Positions 1 through 8,185 of a DNA stretch of 59,105 nt are shown in pieces. The notes under the pieces are model-generated. The model was not told the DNA's origin and made no database searches. It was given only the letters and a program-made list of their open reading frames with translations. The stretch's first letter is position 1; each line of letters begins with the position of its first letter. The stretch is from a bacterium (GTDB lineage: Bacteria > Actinomycetota > Coriobacteriia > Coriobacteriales > QAMH01): the NCBI GenBank assembly GCA_963642995.1, contig CAVIIZ010000004.1:1-59105 (forward strand), given 5' to 3'. The position numbers and the translations under genes were made by a program.

Positions 1-3000
1 CGTCTTGGCGGTGGTGAGGGCGACGGGCTTGGACGCGCCCAAGGCGATGGAGACCTGCTCCGTCTGGGTGAGCTCGTTTACCAGCACCTCGATAGTGCCC
101 ACGCCGTCGTGGGAGGCAAAGGCCGTGGAGTAGTCGGAGACGCCGGAGAGGTAGGTGACGGCGGCGGCGATGGTCTCGAAGACCTGCACGCCGGCCGTGT
201 CGTTCACCACCTTCACGTTGGCCGTCTTCCACACGACGGCGCTGCCCGTGCCGGCCATGGCCCCGACTGCCGAGTTGACGTCGTTGACGAACGCGGAGAG
301 GCGGGCGACAGACGAGGCGCTGGCCGCCACGGTGGAGGCGAACTGCTTGTCCGCGCCGGTCAGGCTCGTGTCCGAGCTGTAGTAGCCGATCTTCGCGCCG
401 GCGCCCAGGTCGCCTGCGACGCTCAGGCGCGCCAAGGCGCCGGGGTTGAGGTCTGCGGCCGCATTGGAGCTGTTCTTGTTGCCGTATATGACGGGGCTGC
501 CGCTGACCGAGATCTGCGGCCCGGAGCTGTTGCTCGACCCCTCGATGGCGGCGCCCGTCTGGCCGTTGGACGTGCCGGTGTTGTTCTCTATCTTCGGGCT
601 GCCCTCGATGACGACCTTCGTGGTGGTGGCATAGCAGCACACGACGCTGCCGTTGGCCGCCTTGTTTTCCGTGATCTGCACATCGCCCGCTATCGTGCAC
701 GTGGTGTTCGAGGTGGGGCCGACGTAGACCGCGCCGCCTTGGTTCATCGACGTGTTCTTGGTGATGACGCCGCCCGCGAGCCTGATCGTGGCGGTGCACG
801 TGTCGGGCACGCTCACGCACCCGCCCGTGCGCACCTTGTTGTTGCTGACCGTGCCGCTTTCCATGTCGAAGGTGCCGCTGCGCAAGAGCACGGTGGCGTC
901 GCCCCACTGGGACGTGTCCGTGCCGATGCCGTTGGAATCGAACGTGCCGCCATCGAGCTTGAGGGTGCCGTCGTTCAAGACGAGCGCCACGGCGCCGCCG
1001 CCGCCGTTGAACTGGCTCGCCTTTGCCCTGCAGCCCGTGACGCTGCCACCCTCGATGACGAGCGTGCCTCCGTCGACGAGCGCGAAGCCGCCGCCCGTCG
1101 AAGTGTCCGTGGTGGCAGTGTTGTAGAAGTCGCGAAACACCGTGGACGTGGCCGCGAGCTGCGTGCCGTCGACGTGCGTGCCCGGCGCCCCGTCGATCGT
1201 GGAAAGCGAGCCTGCGGCGCCGACCAGCACGGCGGACTTCGTGCGCTCGGCGTTCTTGCCGTCGAAGACGACGCCTTGCAGCACGGCGCCGGCGGCCTGC
1301 ACCTTCAACTGCGCCGCGGCGGCGAAGGTGACGACCGGCTGCGCATCGGCGCTGGCGTTGAAGGCGGGGTCTTCCGACTTCGCGGCCGGGTCGATGATGT
1401 TGCGGATGGTGACGTTTGCCACGGATATGGTCATGTCGGCCTCGACGGTGTGCGAGCGCATGATGTCGATGGTCTCGCCTGCGGCCACGTCGGCCAGCGC
1501 CAGATCGAGGCTCTTGTAGTAGGAGCTGCCGGCGGCGCGCACGATGCGGCACACCTTGCCGCCGTCCCACAGCACGGCGTGGCTGCCCGCCACGTCGTCG
1601 GCCACGCACGATATGCCCTCGTTGCGGTCGTTGACGAACGAGCCCGCCAGCCCCTCGACCGCGGCCGCCTCCTTCATGCTGGTGGCGAACCGGTCCCCCG
1701 CCTCGTAGGCGTCTTCCGAATAGACGCCCACGAGCGAGCCTGCGGCCATGTACTCGCCCACGCAGATGACGTCCGAGCCGTTCAGCGCCACGTCGCGGCG
1801 TGCGCCGTTCGAGCTGCGGTTGCCGTAGATGTAGGGGTTGCCCCAGATGTAGCACTTCTCCATTGTCTCGCCGTAGGCGCCTGTCCGCGCATCCCAGGCG
1901 CACACGCCGCCCTGCGGGCCGCCCGCCACGCCGGTGTTGTTCTTTATCGCGCCGCCCGATATGTCCACGACGTTGCCCGATGCGGCATACGAGACGATGC
2001 CCGCCGCGCACCCGGATATCTCGCCGCCGCTCATGTTCACGCGCGAGGCGGCGTACCCCATGCCCACCGCAGGCCCTGCCGCGTGCCCCTTCACGCAGAC
2101 GTCTCCTGCCAGCTCGAGGATCGTCGTGCCGGCGGCGGTGGCGGCTTCGTAGTTCACGCCCAAGACCGGGGCAGACGACGTCATGGCCTGCGCGTCCAGC
2201 ACGCAACCGTCGATGCGCACCGAGCCGGCGCCGTGGAAATCCCAGCCCGTGCGGTTTGCCCCGAGCTTGGTCGTGGCGCCGGCGGCCGCGCCGGCGCGCC
2301 AGTCCGCGCCCCCGGCGACCTCGTTGCGCACGATTATGTCCTTGCCGGCTATGTCCACGGACAGCGTCTCGGCGGCAGCCGGGTTGTCCTCGTTGTCGCG
2401 GAATATGGTGATGGTGTCGCCGTCTTGCACCGCGGAAAACGCTGCGGCCACGGAGCTGTAGTAGGTCGGCGCGCTGCCGTCGGCCGGCTCCCGCTTGCAC
2501 ACGTCGTCGCCCCACACCACTTCGTTGGAGCTGTCGCCTTTGGCCTTCGCGTTGCGCTGCCGGTCCAGATCGTTCACGAACGCGGCGGCCAGGCCCTCGG
2601 CGTCTGCCGCGTCGGCAACGGCCGTGCGGGCGAAGGTCGGGTGCGTGCCGAAGTCGAGGTAGGTGGCATCTTCGCCGTCCCAGGCGCGGTAGATGCCCAC
2701 GCACGCGCCCGCGTCCAGCCCGTCCCCGTCGATGACGATCTCGTCGTCGTCTCCGTCCTTCACGGCCGGGTCGGTCGGGTCCGTCAGGTTGTGCTGGGCG
2801 CCGTTGCACAGGTTGTCGTAGACGACGGGAGCACCGCTCAGGTGGGTGTAGGTCGCCTGGATGCAAGCCGAATACGGGAGGTCTGCGTCGTCTACCGTCT
2901 GCGTGTTGCCGCGCACGGTGGCGTTGTCTTGCAGGTAGAGGGTGCCCGTGACGTAGATGGCCCCGAGGATCTGGTCCGTGCACATGTTGTCCACGACCTG

Positions 3001-4095
3001 CGCCGTGCCCTTCAACGTGGCGTCGCCGTACGTCTTGATGGCAGAGGTCGCCCCCTCGTTTCCGGAGATGGTCGAGCTGTCGATGCAGATGGACGAGTTC
3101 TTGTTCTCGCTGAAGATGCCGCAAGTGGTGTTGCTGCCCTTGCACGAGCTGATCTCGGAACCGCCGCTCATGGTAAACGTGACGCGGGGGTCGGCGGCGG
3201 ACCCGTCTTCGCTCGACAGCAAAGCGACGGTGCCATCAGTGTTCTCCCTCGCCACGCAGGAGACGATCTTCGCCCGGTTTTCCATCGCGAAGGCAGAATA
3301 TGGGCTGACGACCACCGCGCTGGCCTTGCCGAAGACGCCATCTCCACTCGAGGAGACCGCCACGTCCGCGCCGTCGAGCACCACGCCGTCGAGGACGACA
3401 TCGGCGGCGTCGGCCTGCTTGGCAAGGCGCCCGGGCCCGATGCACAGCATCGAGGAGTTCGTGAAGGAGGAGGCGCGTTTCAACGTGGCCTGCGTGCCGG
3501 CCGCGCCCCTGTAGGAGTAGCCGTCGTCCGCGTCTGCGGCGGCCGTGCAGATGGAGAGGGGCTTGCCCGTGCCGAGGACGATGTCCAGCCTGGCGGACAG
3601 CTCCGTCTCGGGCTGCAGCAGCTCCACCTTCGCGCGCCCGGAGGGAAACGCCGCCGCGAAATCCCCGACGCCGCCGATGTAGGAGACGGCAGCGGCGACG
3701 GTCCCGAAGGTCTGCACCCCGTCCACGTCGTCGACCACCTTGCACACGGGGTCGTCTGCCGTGACGACGGGCGTGGAAGCGCCCTCGTCGGCGGCGGCTG
3801 CCACGTCCTGCTCGTCGGCGGATTGGGCGCCCGCATCTCCGGCAGACTCGGCTGCGGCCGCATCGGCGCCGTCGGAGGATGCAGACGAGGCAAACCCGGA
3901 GCCGCCGGCCGCCTGCCCCTCGGCGGCGGGGGCGCCGTCTTGCGCGCCGCCCGAGACGGCGGAGGCCACCGGCTGCACGGCAAGCGCCGCCAGCACGACC
4001 ACGGCAAGCGCCGCCAGCGCGCGCCTCGCCTTGCGGGGAAGCCTTCCGCCCCGCTTTCCGCCCGTCCTTCTCGTCGGCCTGTTCGTCGCCCTCAT
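1..4095 (-). CDS. Large secreted repeat-built beta-helix (adhesin-like) surface protein, N-terminal 1365 aa; 3' end lies beyond window start
   Basis: Absent from the ORF track because its stop is left of position 1. My own translation of the minus frame (codons 4095..4093 down to 3..1) is stop-free. ATG at 4095 is preceded by AGGTGGAG. N-terminus MRATNRPTRRTGGKRGGRLPRKARRALAALAVVVLAALAVQPVASA looks like a signal peptide. The body is G/N/T/S/C-rich with GGGAV and GGAVY turns and four cap-like segments (e.g. TYYSSVAAAFSAVQDGDTITI) typical of parallel beta-helix domains. Confidence 0.8.
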   Translation of the reverse strand, partial: MRATNRPTRRTGGKRGGRLPRKARRALAALAVVVLAALAVQPVASAVSGGAQDGAPAAEGQAAGGSGFASSASSDGADAAAAESAGDAGAQSADEQDVAAAADEGASTPVVTADDPVCKVVDDVDGVQTFGTVAAAVSYIGGVGDFAAAFPSGRAKVELLQPETELSARLDIVLGTGKPLSICTAAADADDGYSYRGAAGTQATLKRASSFTNSSMLCIGPGRLAKQADAADVVLDGVVLDGADVAVSSSGDGVFGKASAVVVSPYSAFAMENRAKIVSCVARENTDGTVALLSSEDGSAADPRVTFTMSGGSEISSCKGSNTTCGIFSENKNSSICIDSSTISGNEGATSAIKTYGDATLKGTAQVVDNMCTDQILGAIYVTGTLYLQDNATVRGNTQTVDDADLPYSACIQATYTHLSGAPVVYDNLCNGAQHNLTDPTDPAVKDGDDDEIVIDGDGLDAGACVGIYRAWDGEDATYLDFGTHPTFARTAVADAADAEGLAAAFVNDLDRQRNAKAKGDSSNEVVWGDDVCKREPADGSAPTYYSSVAAAFSAVQDGDTITIFRDNEDNPAAAETLSVDIAGKDIIVRNEVAGGADWRAGAAAGATTKLGANRTGWDFHGAGSVRIDGCVLDAQAMTSSAPVLGVNYEAATAAGTTILELAGDVCVKGHAAGPAVGMGYAASRVNMSGGEISGCAAGIVSYAASGNVVDISGGAIKNNTGVAGGPQGGVCAWDARTGAYGETMEKCYIWGNPYIYGNRSSNGARRDVALNGSDVICVGEYMAAGSLVGVYSEDAYEAGDRFATSMKEAAAVEGLAGSFVNDRNEGISCVADDVAGSHAVLWDGGKVCRIVRAAGSSYYKSLDLALADVAAGETIDIMRSHTVEADMTISVANVTIRNIIDPAAKSEDPAFNASADAQPVVTFAAAAQLKVQAAGAVLQGVVFDGKNAERTKSAVLVGAAGSLSTIDGAPGTHVDGTQLAATSTVFRDFYNTATTDTSTGGGFALVDGGTLVIEGGSVTGCRAKASQFNGGGGAVALVLNDGTLKLDGGTFDSNGIGTDTSQWGDATVLLRSGTFDMESGTVSNNKVRTGGCVSVPDTCTATIRLAGGVITKNTSMNQGGAVYVGPTSNTTCTIAGDVQITENKAANGSVVCCYATTTKVVIEGSPKIENNTGTSNGQTGAAIEGSSNSSGPQISVSGSPVIYGNKNSSNAAADLNPGALARLSVAGDLGAGAKIGYYSSDTSLTGADKQFASTVAASASSVARLSAFVNDVNSAVGAMAGTGSAVVWKTANVKVVNDTAGVQVFETIAAAVTYLSGVSDYSTAFASHDGVGTIEVLVNELTQTEQVSIALGASKPVALTTAKT

Positions 4096-4273
4096 GCGCT
4101 CCACCTGTCCAAAGTCCGCCGCTTGCCGAAGGGGGCGCGCCGCGTCTGCCGCCTCGCGGCGCAAAACCGCGCGCCCGCCCCGTCGTCTGCCGAAAGGGGG
4201 CGCCGTCGCGCACGTGCCGCGCGAGCGCCGCGTCCCTCTTCAAAAAAGCTTGGTTCTCCCAGTTTATCACATG

Positions 4274-4306
4274 AAAAAAAAAAGCGCGACCCGCAACGCG
4301 GGTGCG
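4274..4306 (-). terminator. Intrinsic terminator after the AAA ATPase gene
   Basis: Minus strand reads CGCACCCGC-gtt-GCGGGTcGCG followed by T10 (plus-strand A-run 4274..4283). It lies about 65 nt downstream of the stop at 4371. Confidence 0.65.
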
Positions 4307-4370
4307 GGACATGGGGTGCCTCGGCGGGGGCGGCGCGCCGCCCGATTGCCGGCGCCTTCCCCGCAGGCTC

Positions 4371-5654
4371 TCATGCATCCAGGCAGGAGACGGGCAAGAC
4401 GAGCACGCCGTCGCCGCGCCGCACGGCATGCCCGCCGGGGACCAGCACCGCGCAAAACGCCGGGTCGCCCATCACGGTCGTGTCGATTTTTCCCACGAGG
4501 TTCCTCAGGCTCTGCGCGCCCTCGTCGACAAACGCGGCACCGAGCTTGACCTCGAACAGCGCATAGCGCCCGTCGCGCAGCTGCACGACCGCATCGGCCT
4601 CGCGCCCCGCCTCGTCGTGGTAGTGAAACAGCTCCCCGCCGAGGGCGCGGGCGTACACGCGCAGGTCGCGCACGCACAGCGACTCGAACAAAAGCCCGAG
4701 CGTCGAAGTGTCCAGCAGCAGGGAGCGCGGACTTGCCCCGAGGGCGGCCGCGGCGATGGAAGGGCAGGTGAAATGCCGTGTCGGCGTCTTCGTGATGCGC
4801 GATCTCGCGTGAAGCGAGGGAGTCCAGGCGGAAAGCTCCTGCACGACGTAGAGGCGGCGCAGGGCGGCGAGGTAGCCGTTGACCGTCTCGCGGGACAAGT
4901 CGATATCGCGCGATTTCAGGTCCTTCAGGATGGTCGATTGCGTCGCCTGCGAAGAGCTGAGGCGCGCGTACTCGGCCATGATGAGACGGGCGTACTGCGG
5001 ATTTCGCATGACGCCGTCGGCGCGCGATATGTCCTGCTCGGCGATTGTCGCAAGGTAGTCGAAAGCCATGTCGAGCGCATCGTCGCCTTTCGCATGCGCC
5101 ACGGCATACGGCCAGCCCCCGCGGCAGACCAGATACGCCATGCGCTCGACGTCGCAATCGGAACACCCCGAGACGTCGTCGCAGCCGCCGAAGAGGGCCG
5201 CAAGCGAGACCTCGCGCGTGGAATCCCCCGATTCGGCCAGGCTCATAGGCCCCATGTCCACCGAGACGATCCGTCCCGCCCCCGAATGCGACGGCGGGGC
5301 GGCCGGCGTCGCCGAGCCGGTCAAGATGAAGCGCCCCGGCTCCTCCTGGCCGTCGACGGCGAATCGCACGGCGTCCCATAGCTGCGGCGCCTCCTGCCAC
5401 TCGTCGATCAGGCGCGGTGCCGCCCCCTCGAGCAGCACCGACGGTTTCGTGGAGGCGAGCATGCGGTAGTCGGCCCTCTTGTCGGGGTCTTGCATCATGA
5501 TGGAACTGGAAGCCAGCTGCAGCGCCGATTGCGTCTTGCCGCACCACTTCGGCCCTCGCACCTCGACTGCGCCGGCATAGCCGAGCTTGCGTTGAACGAG
5601 CGTGTCGGTCAGACGTGGGAGATACTTCTTCGCATTCAGCTTTTTCTGAGGCAT
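4371..5654 (-). CDS. AAA+ ATPase, COG1373 / DUF4143 family
   Basis: 427-aa ORF. It has a Walker-A-like GPKWCGKTQSA, a family-typical N-terminus and a C-terminal DUF4143-like segment. AGGAAAG lies upstream of the ATG. Confidence 0.9.
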   Translation of the reverse strand: MPQKKLNAKKYLPRLTDTLVQRKLGYAGAVEVRGPKWCGKTQSALQLASSSIMMQDPDKRADYRMLASTKPSVLLEGAAPRLIDEWQEAPQLWDAVRFAVDGQEEPGRFILTGSATPAAPPSHSGAGRIVSVDMGPMSLAESGDSTREVSLAALFGGCDDVSGCSDCDVERMAYLVCRGGWPYAVAHAKGDDALDMAFDYLATIAEQDISRADGVMRNPQYARLIMAEYARLSSSQATQSTILKDLKSRDIDLSRETVNGYLAALRRLYVVQELSAWTPSLHARSRITKTPTRHFTCPSIAAAALGASPRSLLLDTSTLGLLFESLCVRDLRVYARALGGELFHYHDEAGREADAVVQLRDGRYALFEVKLGAAFVDEGAQSLRNLVGKIDTTVMGDPAFCAVLVPGGHAVRRGDGVLVLPVSCLDA

Positions 5655-5680
5655 ATCCTGCGGCTTTCCTGTTCAACCTG

Positions 5681-5746
5681 CCGATTGCGAAGATTTTAAC
5701 CCACCGATTGCGAAGATTTCAACATGCCGATTGCGAAGGCAGACGC
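5681..5746. repeat. Three direct repeats of CCGATTGCGAAG(+ATTT[TC]AAC) in 23-bp phase
   Basis: Exact 12-mers start at 5681, 5704 and 5727. The first two units share 19 of 20 nt. The array lies 27-92 nt upstream of the ATPase start. Confidence 0.85.
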
Positions 5747-5797
5747 GCCGAGGCTGATTGCCGCTTTCAGCGCGCGCAGGGTCCGTGTGCTCGACCC

Positions 5798-6193
5798 TCA
5801 CAGAAACGCCGCCATGTACACGGGAAGGTAGGCGACCTTTCCCTCCACCTCGACGTTGTCCTCGCACAAGACCACGGCCTGCCCTATCTCGTAGTTGGGA
5901 GAGGAGAGCACCTTGGTCAACGCGCTGTGCCGCTTGTAGTCCTTGCCGCTCTTCACCTCCACGGGAAGGGCCCATCCGCGCCCCGACTCGATGAGAAAGT
6001 CGATCTCGCCGGCCGACTTGCTGCGGAAAAATCGCAGGGCGTGCCCGTGGGCCGCAAGCTCTTGGGCCACGGCGTTCTCGTAGATGGAGCCGTAGTTCAC
6101 CCCCAGCCGATCGCTCAGCAGGCTTTTCGCGACGTCGACCTGCGCCATGGCGCACAACAGTCCCACGTCGTTGGCGAAGAGCCGCGTTGAAGT
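5798..6193 (-). pseudogene. 5'-truncated remnant of a second DUF4143 ATPase paralog (C-terminal ~130 aa only)
   Basis: Translation ..TRLFANDVGLLCAMAQVDVAKSLL...EIDFLIESGRGWALPVEVKSGKDYK.. matches only the C-terminal DUF4143 part of COG1373 ATPases. An in-frame TAA at 6242-6244 closes the frame upstream. There is no Walker-A region, and the track start at 6166 is a GTG inside the domain. Confidence 0.6.
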
Positions 6194-6254
6194 CGAAGCC
6201 CTCGCGCCCGACGAGGCAAAAAGAGACGGAGCGTCCGGGTTTTAGTGAGAACAA

Positions 6255-6334
6255 GGGAACTTTCCAACCAAAATTCGGGCGCAGAACGCGACTTTTCCAA
6301 CCGAATTCCGCCCCGAAAACGCGACTTCTCCAAC
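6255..6334. repeat. About 2.5 copies of a 32-bp direct repeat (..AATTC-N8-AACGCGACTT[TC]TCCAACC)
   Basis: GAACGCGACTTTTCCAACC at 6284-6302 and AAACGCGACTTCTCCAACC at 6316-6334, with a partial GGGAACTTTCCAACC at 6255-6269. Partial inverted or extra pieces (GTTGGAAGAG, AAACGCGACG) follow up to about 6380. Confidence 0.7.
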
Positions 6335-6425
6335 CTTCACGCCGTTGGAAGAGCGGCGCTTCCCTGCGAAACGCGACGTGAGGCGGCGGGCGGCAGCGAG
6401 GCGCGGGAAGCGGCGCGGCGCGCGC

Positions 6426-6602
6426 TCAGCTGTGGAGCACGACCGCGAGCAAGACGACCAGAAAGACGGCCGCGACGATCAGGGCCGCCACGAGGAAGCC
6501 GCCGCGCAGGCACGCGCCGAGCATGATGGCCACGCCCGCGCACACGCCGAAGGCGCCGAGGCAGCCCAGGCCGCCCTTGCCGTCCGCGCCGCGCGTCGCC
6601 AT
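6426..6602 (-). CDS. Small hydrophobic membrane protein (58 aa), candidate small subunit of the upstream NSS transporter (MetS-like)
   Basis: Not in the track (58 aa, shorter than any listed ORF). The ATG at 6602 is preceded by GGAGGGGGAGGA with 5-nt spacing and lies 28 nt after the transporter stop. Product: MATRGADGKGGLGCLGAFGVCAGVAIMLGACLRGGFLVAALIVAAVFLVVLLAVVLHS. Stop TGA at 6428..6426. Confidence 0.6.
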   Translation of the reverse strand: MATRGADGKGGLGCLGAFGVCAGVAIMLGACLRGGFLVAALIVAAVFLVVLLAVVLHS

Positions 6603-6630
6603 GCGAATCCTCCCCCTCCCGCGCCTTCTC

Positions 6631-8067
6631 TCAGCCCAGGCCCAGCCAGCTGGCCACGATGGGCACCCAGCCCATGACCCAGATGATGGCGATGAGCACG
6701 GGGATGCCCCACGCGCACCACAGCTTCGCCCACGCGGGAAACTTCAAGCCCCGGCCCGCATCGGCCTCGGCCAAGAAATTCTCCCAACCCCAGCCCAGCT
6801 TGCGCGTGCAGAAGACGACGAACACCAGGCCGCCCAGAGGCAGGATGTTGTTGGAGATGATGAAGTCCTCGACGCTTTGGATGTCGCCGATGCCCGGCAC
6901 GACGGCGCCGGAGAACACGTTGAAGCCGAGCGCGCACGGCAGGCTCAAGACGGCCAGCAGCACCCCGCAGACCACGACGCCCTTCTTGCGCGACCAGTCC
7001 CAGCGGTCCATGACCCACGAGACGTTGCTCTCGAAGACGGCTATGACGGTGGACAGCGCCGCAAACGACAGGAAGACGAAGAAGAGCACGCCCCACAGCA
7101 CCCCGAGCGGCATCTGCCCCAACACGACGGGCAGCGTCTGGAACACCAGAGACGGCCCGCTCGTGGGGTCGACGCCGTAGGCAAAGCAGCTGGGGAAGAT
7201 GATGAGGCCCGCCATGATGGCCACGCAGGTGTCGAGCACGACGGTGGTGGCCGCCTCGCCCGTCAGGCTGCGTTCGCGCCCGATGCGACTGCCGAAGATG
7301 GCCATCGAGCCCATCCCGACCGACAGGGTGAAAAACGCCTGCCCCATGGCCGCGAAGGCCGCGTCGCCGAACGTGGACAGCTGCTCGCCCGGCGTAGACC
7401 CCGCGAAGAGCTTGGAGAAGTCGGGCATGAGGTAAAACGACAGCCCCTCGCCCGCCCCCGGCAGCGTGACGGCGCGCACGACCAAGACGAGCATGATGGC
7501 GAACAGCGCGATCATCATCACCTTCGTCACGCGCTCGACGCCTTTCTGCAGGCCGATGGCGCACACGATGACGGCGATGGCCACCGAGACGAGCATCCAG
7601 GCGATCATCTCGGAGGGGTTGGCCGTCATGGACGCGAAGGCCTGCTGGGTGATGGAGGCGTCCGCGTCGGTGAAGGAGCCGGTGGCGAACTTGAATATGT
7701 AGGCGATCATCCAGCCGCACACCGTGGTGTAGAACATGAGCAGCACGAACTGGCCGATGATGCCCACCCACGAAAACCACTTGAAGCTTCTGCCCGAGGG
7801 CAGCACGTGGAAGGCGCGCGCGACGGAGCGCTGGCTGGCGCGTCCGACGGAAAACTCCATGACCATGACGGGCAGGCCCATGACCACCAGCGCCACGAGA
7901 TAGAGCACGATGAACGCCGCGCCGCCGTACTCGCCCGTGATGTAGGGAAAGCGCCAGACGTTGCCCAGCCCTATGGCGCAGCCCGCCGCCACCATGATGA
8001 ATCCCAGCCGGCTGCCGAAATGCTCGCGTCCGCCCGCCTGCGCCGTCTGCTGCTGCCCGTGTGCCAT
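6631..8067 (-). CDS. Sodium-dependent transporter, neurotransmitter:sodium symporter (NSS/SNF) family
   Basis: GLGNVWRFPY signature and a multi-TM body. Start moved to ATG 8067 (MAHGQQQTAQ..), which is preceded by GAGGAGAGGGGA. The longer track start adds an R/C-rich non-protein-like leader. Confidence 0.9.
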   Translation of the reverse strand: MAHGQQQTAQAGGREHFGSRLGFIMVAAGCAIGLGNVWRFPYITGEYGGAAFIVLYLVALVVMGLPVMVMEFSVGRASQRSVARAFHVLPSGRSFKWFSWVGIIGQFVLLMFYTTVCGWMIAYIFKFATGSFTDADASITQQAFASMTANPSEMIAWMLVSVAIAVIVCAIGLQKGVERVTKVMMIALFAIMLVLVVRAVTLPGAGEGLSFYLMPDFSKLFAGSTPGEQLSTFGDAAFAAMGQAFFTLSVGMGSMAIFGSRIGRERSLTGEAATTVVLDTCVAIMAGLIIFPSCFAYGVDPTSGPSLVFQTLPVVLGQMPLGVLWGVLFFVFLSFAALSTVIAVFESNVSWVMDRWDWSRKKGVVVCGVLLAVLSLPCALGFNVFSGAVVPGIGDIQSVEDFIISNNILPLGGLVFVVFCTRKLGWGWENFLAEADAGRGLKFPAWAKLWCAWGIPVLIAIIWVMGWVPIVASWLGLG

Positions 8068-8185
8068 CTTCGCGATGTCCCCTCTCCTCGTGAAAACCCC
8101 GCTGGAAACCCGTCGGGAAACCCGTGCCCCGAGGCCCTTCGCGCAAAGGCGCGGAGACACGCGGGAGCACGGGGGGGATTTTCGC

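Noticed and set aside
3950-4095. Twin-arginine (Tat) signal on the surface protein (..KARRALAALAV..)
   Set aside because: An RR followed by a hydrophobic stretch is present, but the N-region is generally Arg-rich and the S/T-R-R-x-F-L-K context is poor. I cannot distinguish Sec from Tat by eye, so it is called only 'signal peptide-like'.
109-4566. 1485-aa plus-strand ORF, the longest ORF at the left end
   Set aside because: The product is R/G/A/H/V/D-rich with no domain-like segments or signal. It is the codon-for-codon antisense frame of a protein-like minus-strand frame (signal peptide plus beta-helix repeats), the classic high-GC shadow ORF. It also runs through the terminator/promoter region at 4100-4370 and into the ATPase gene.
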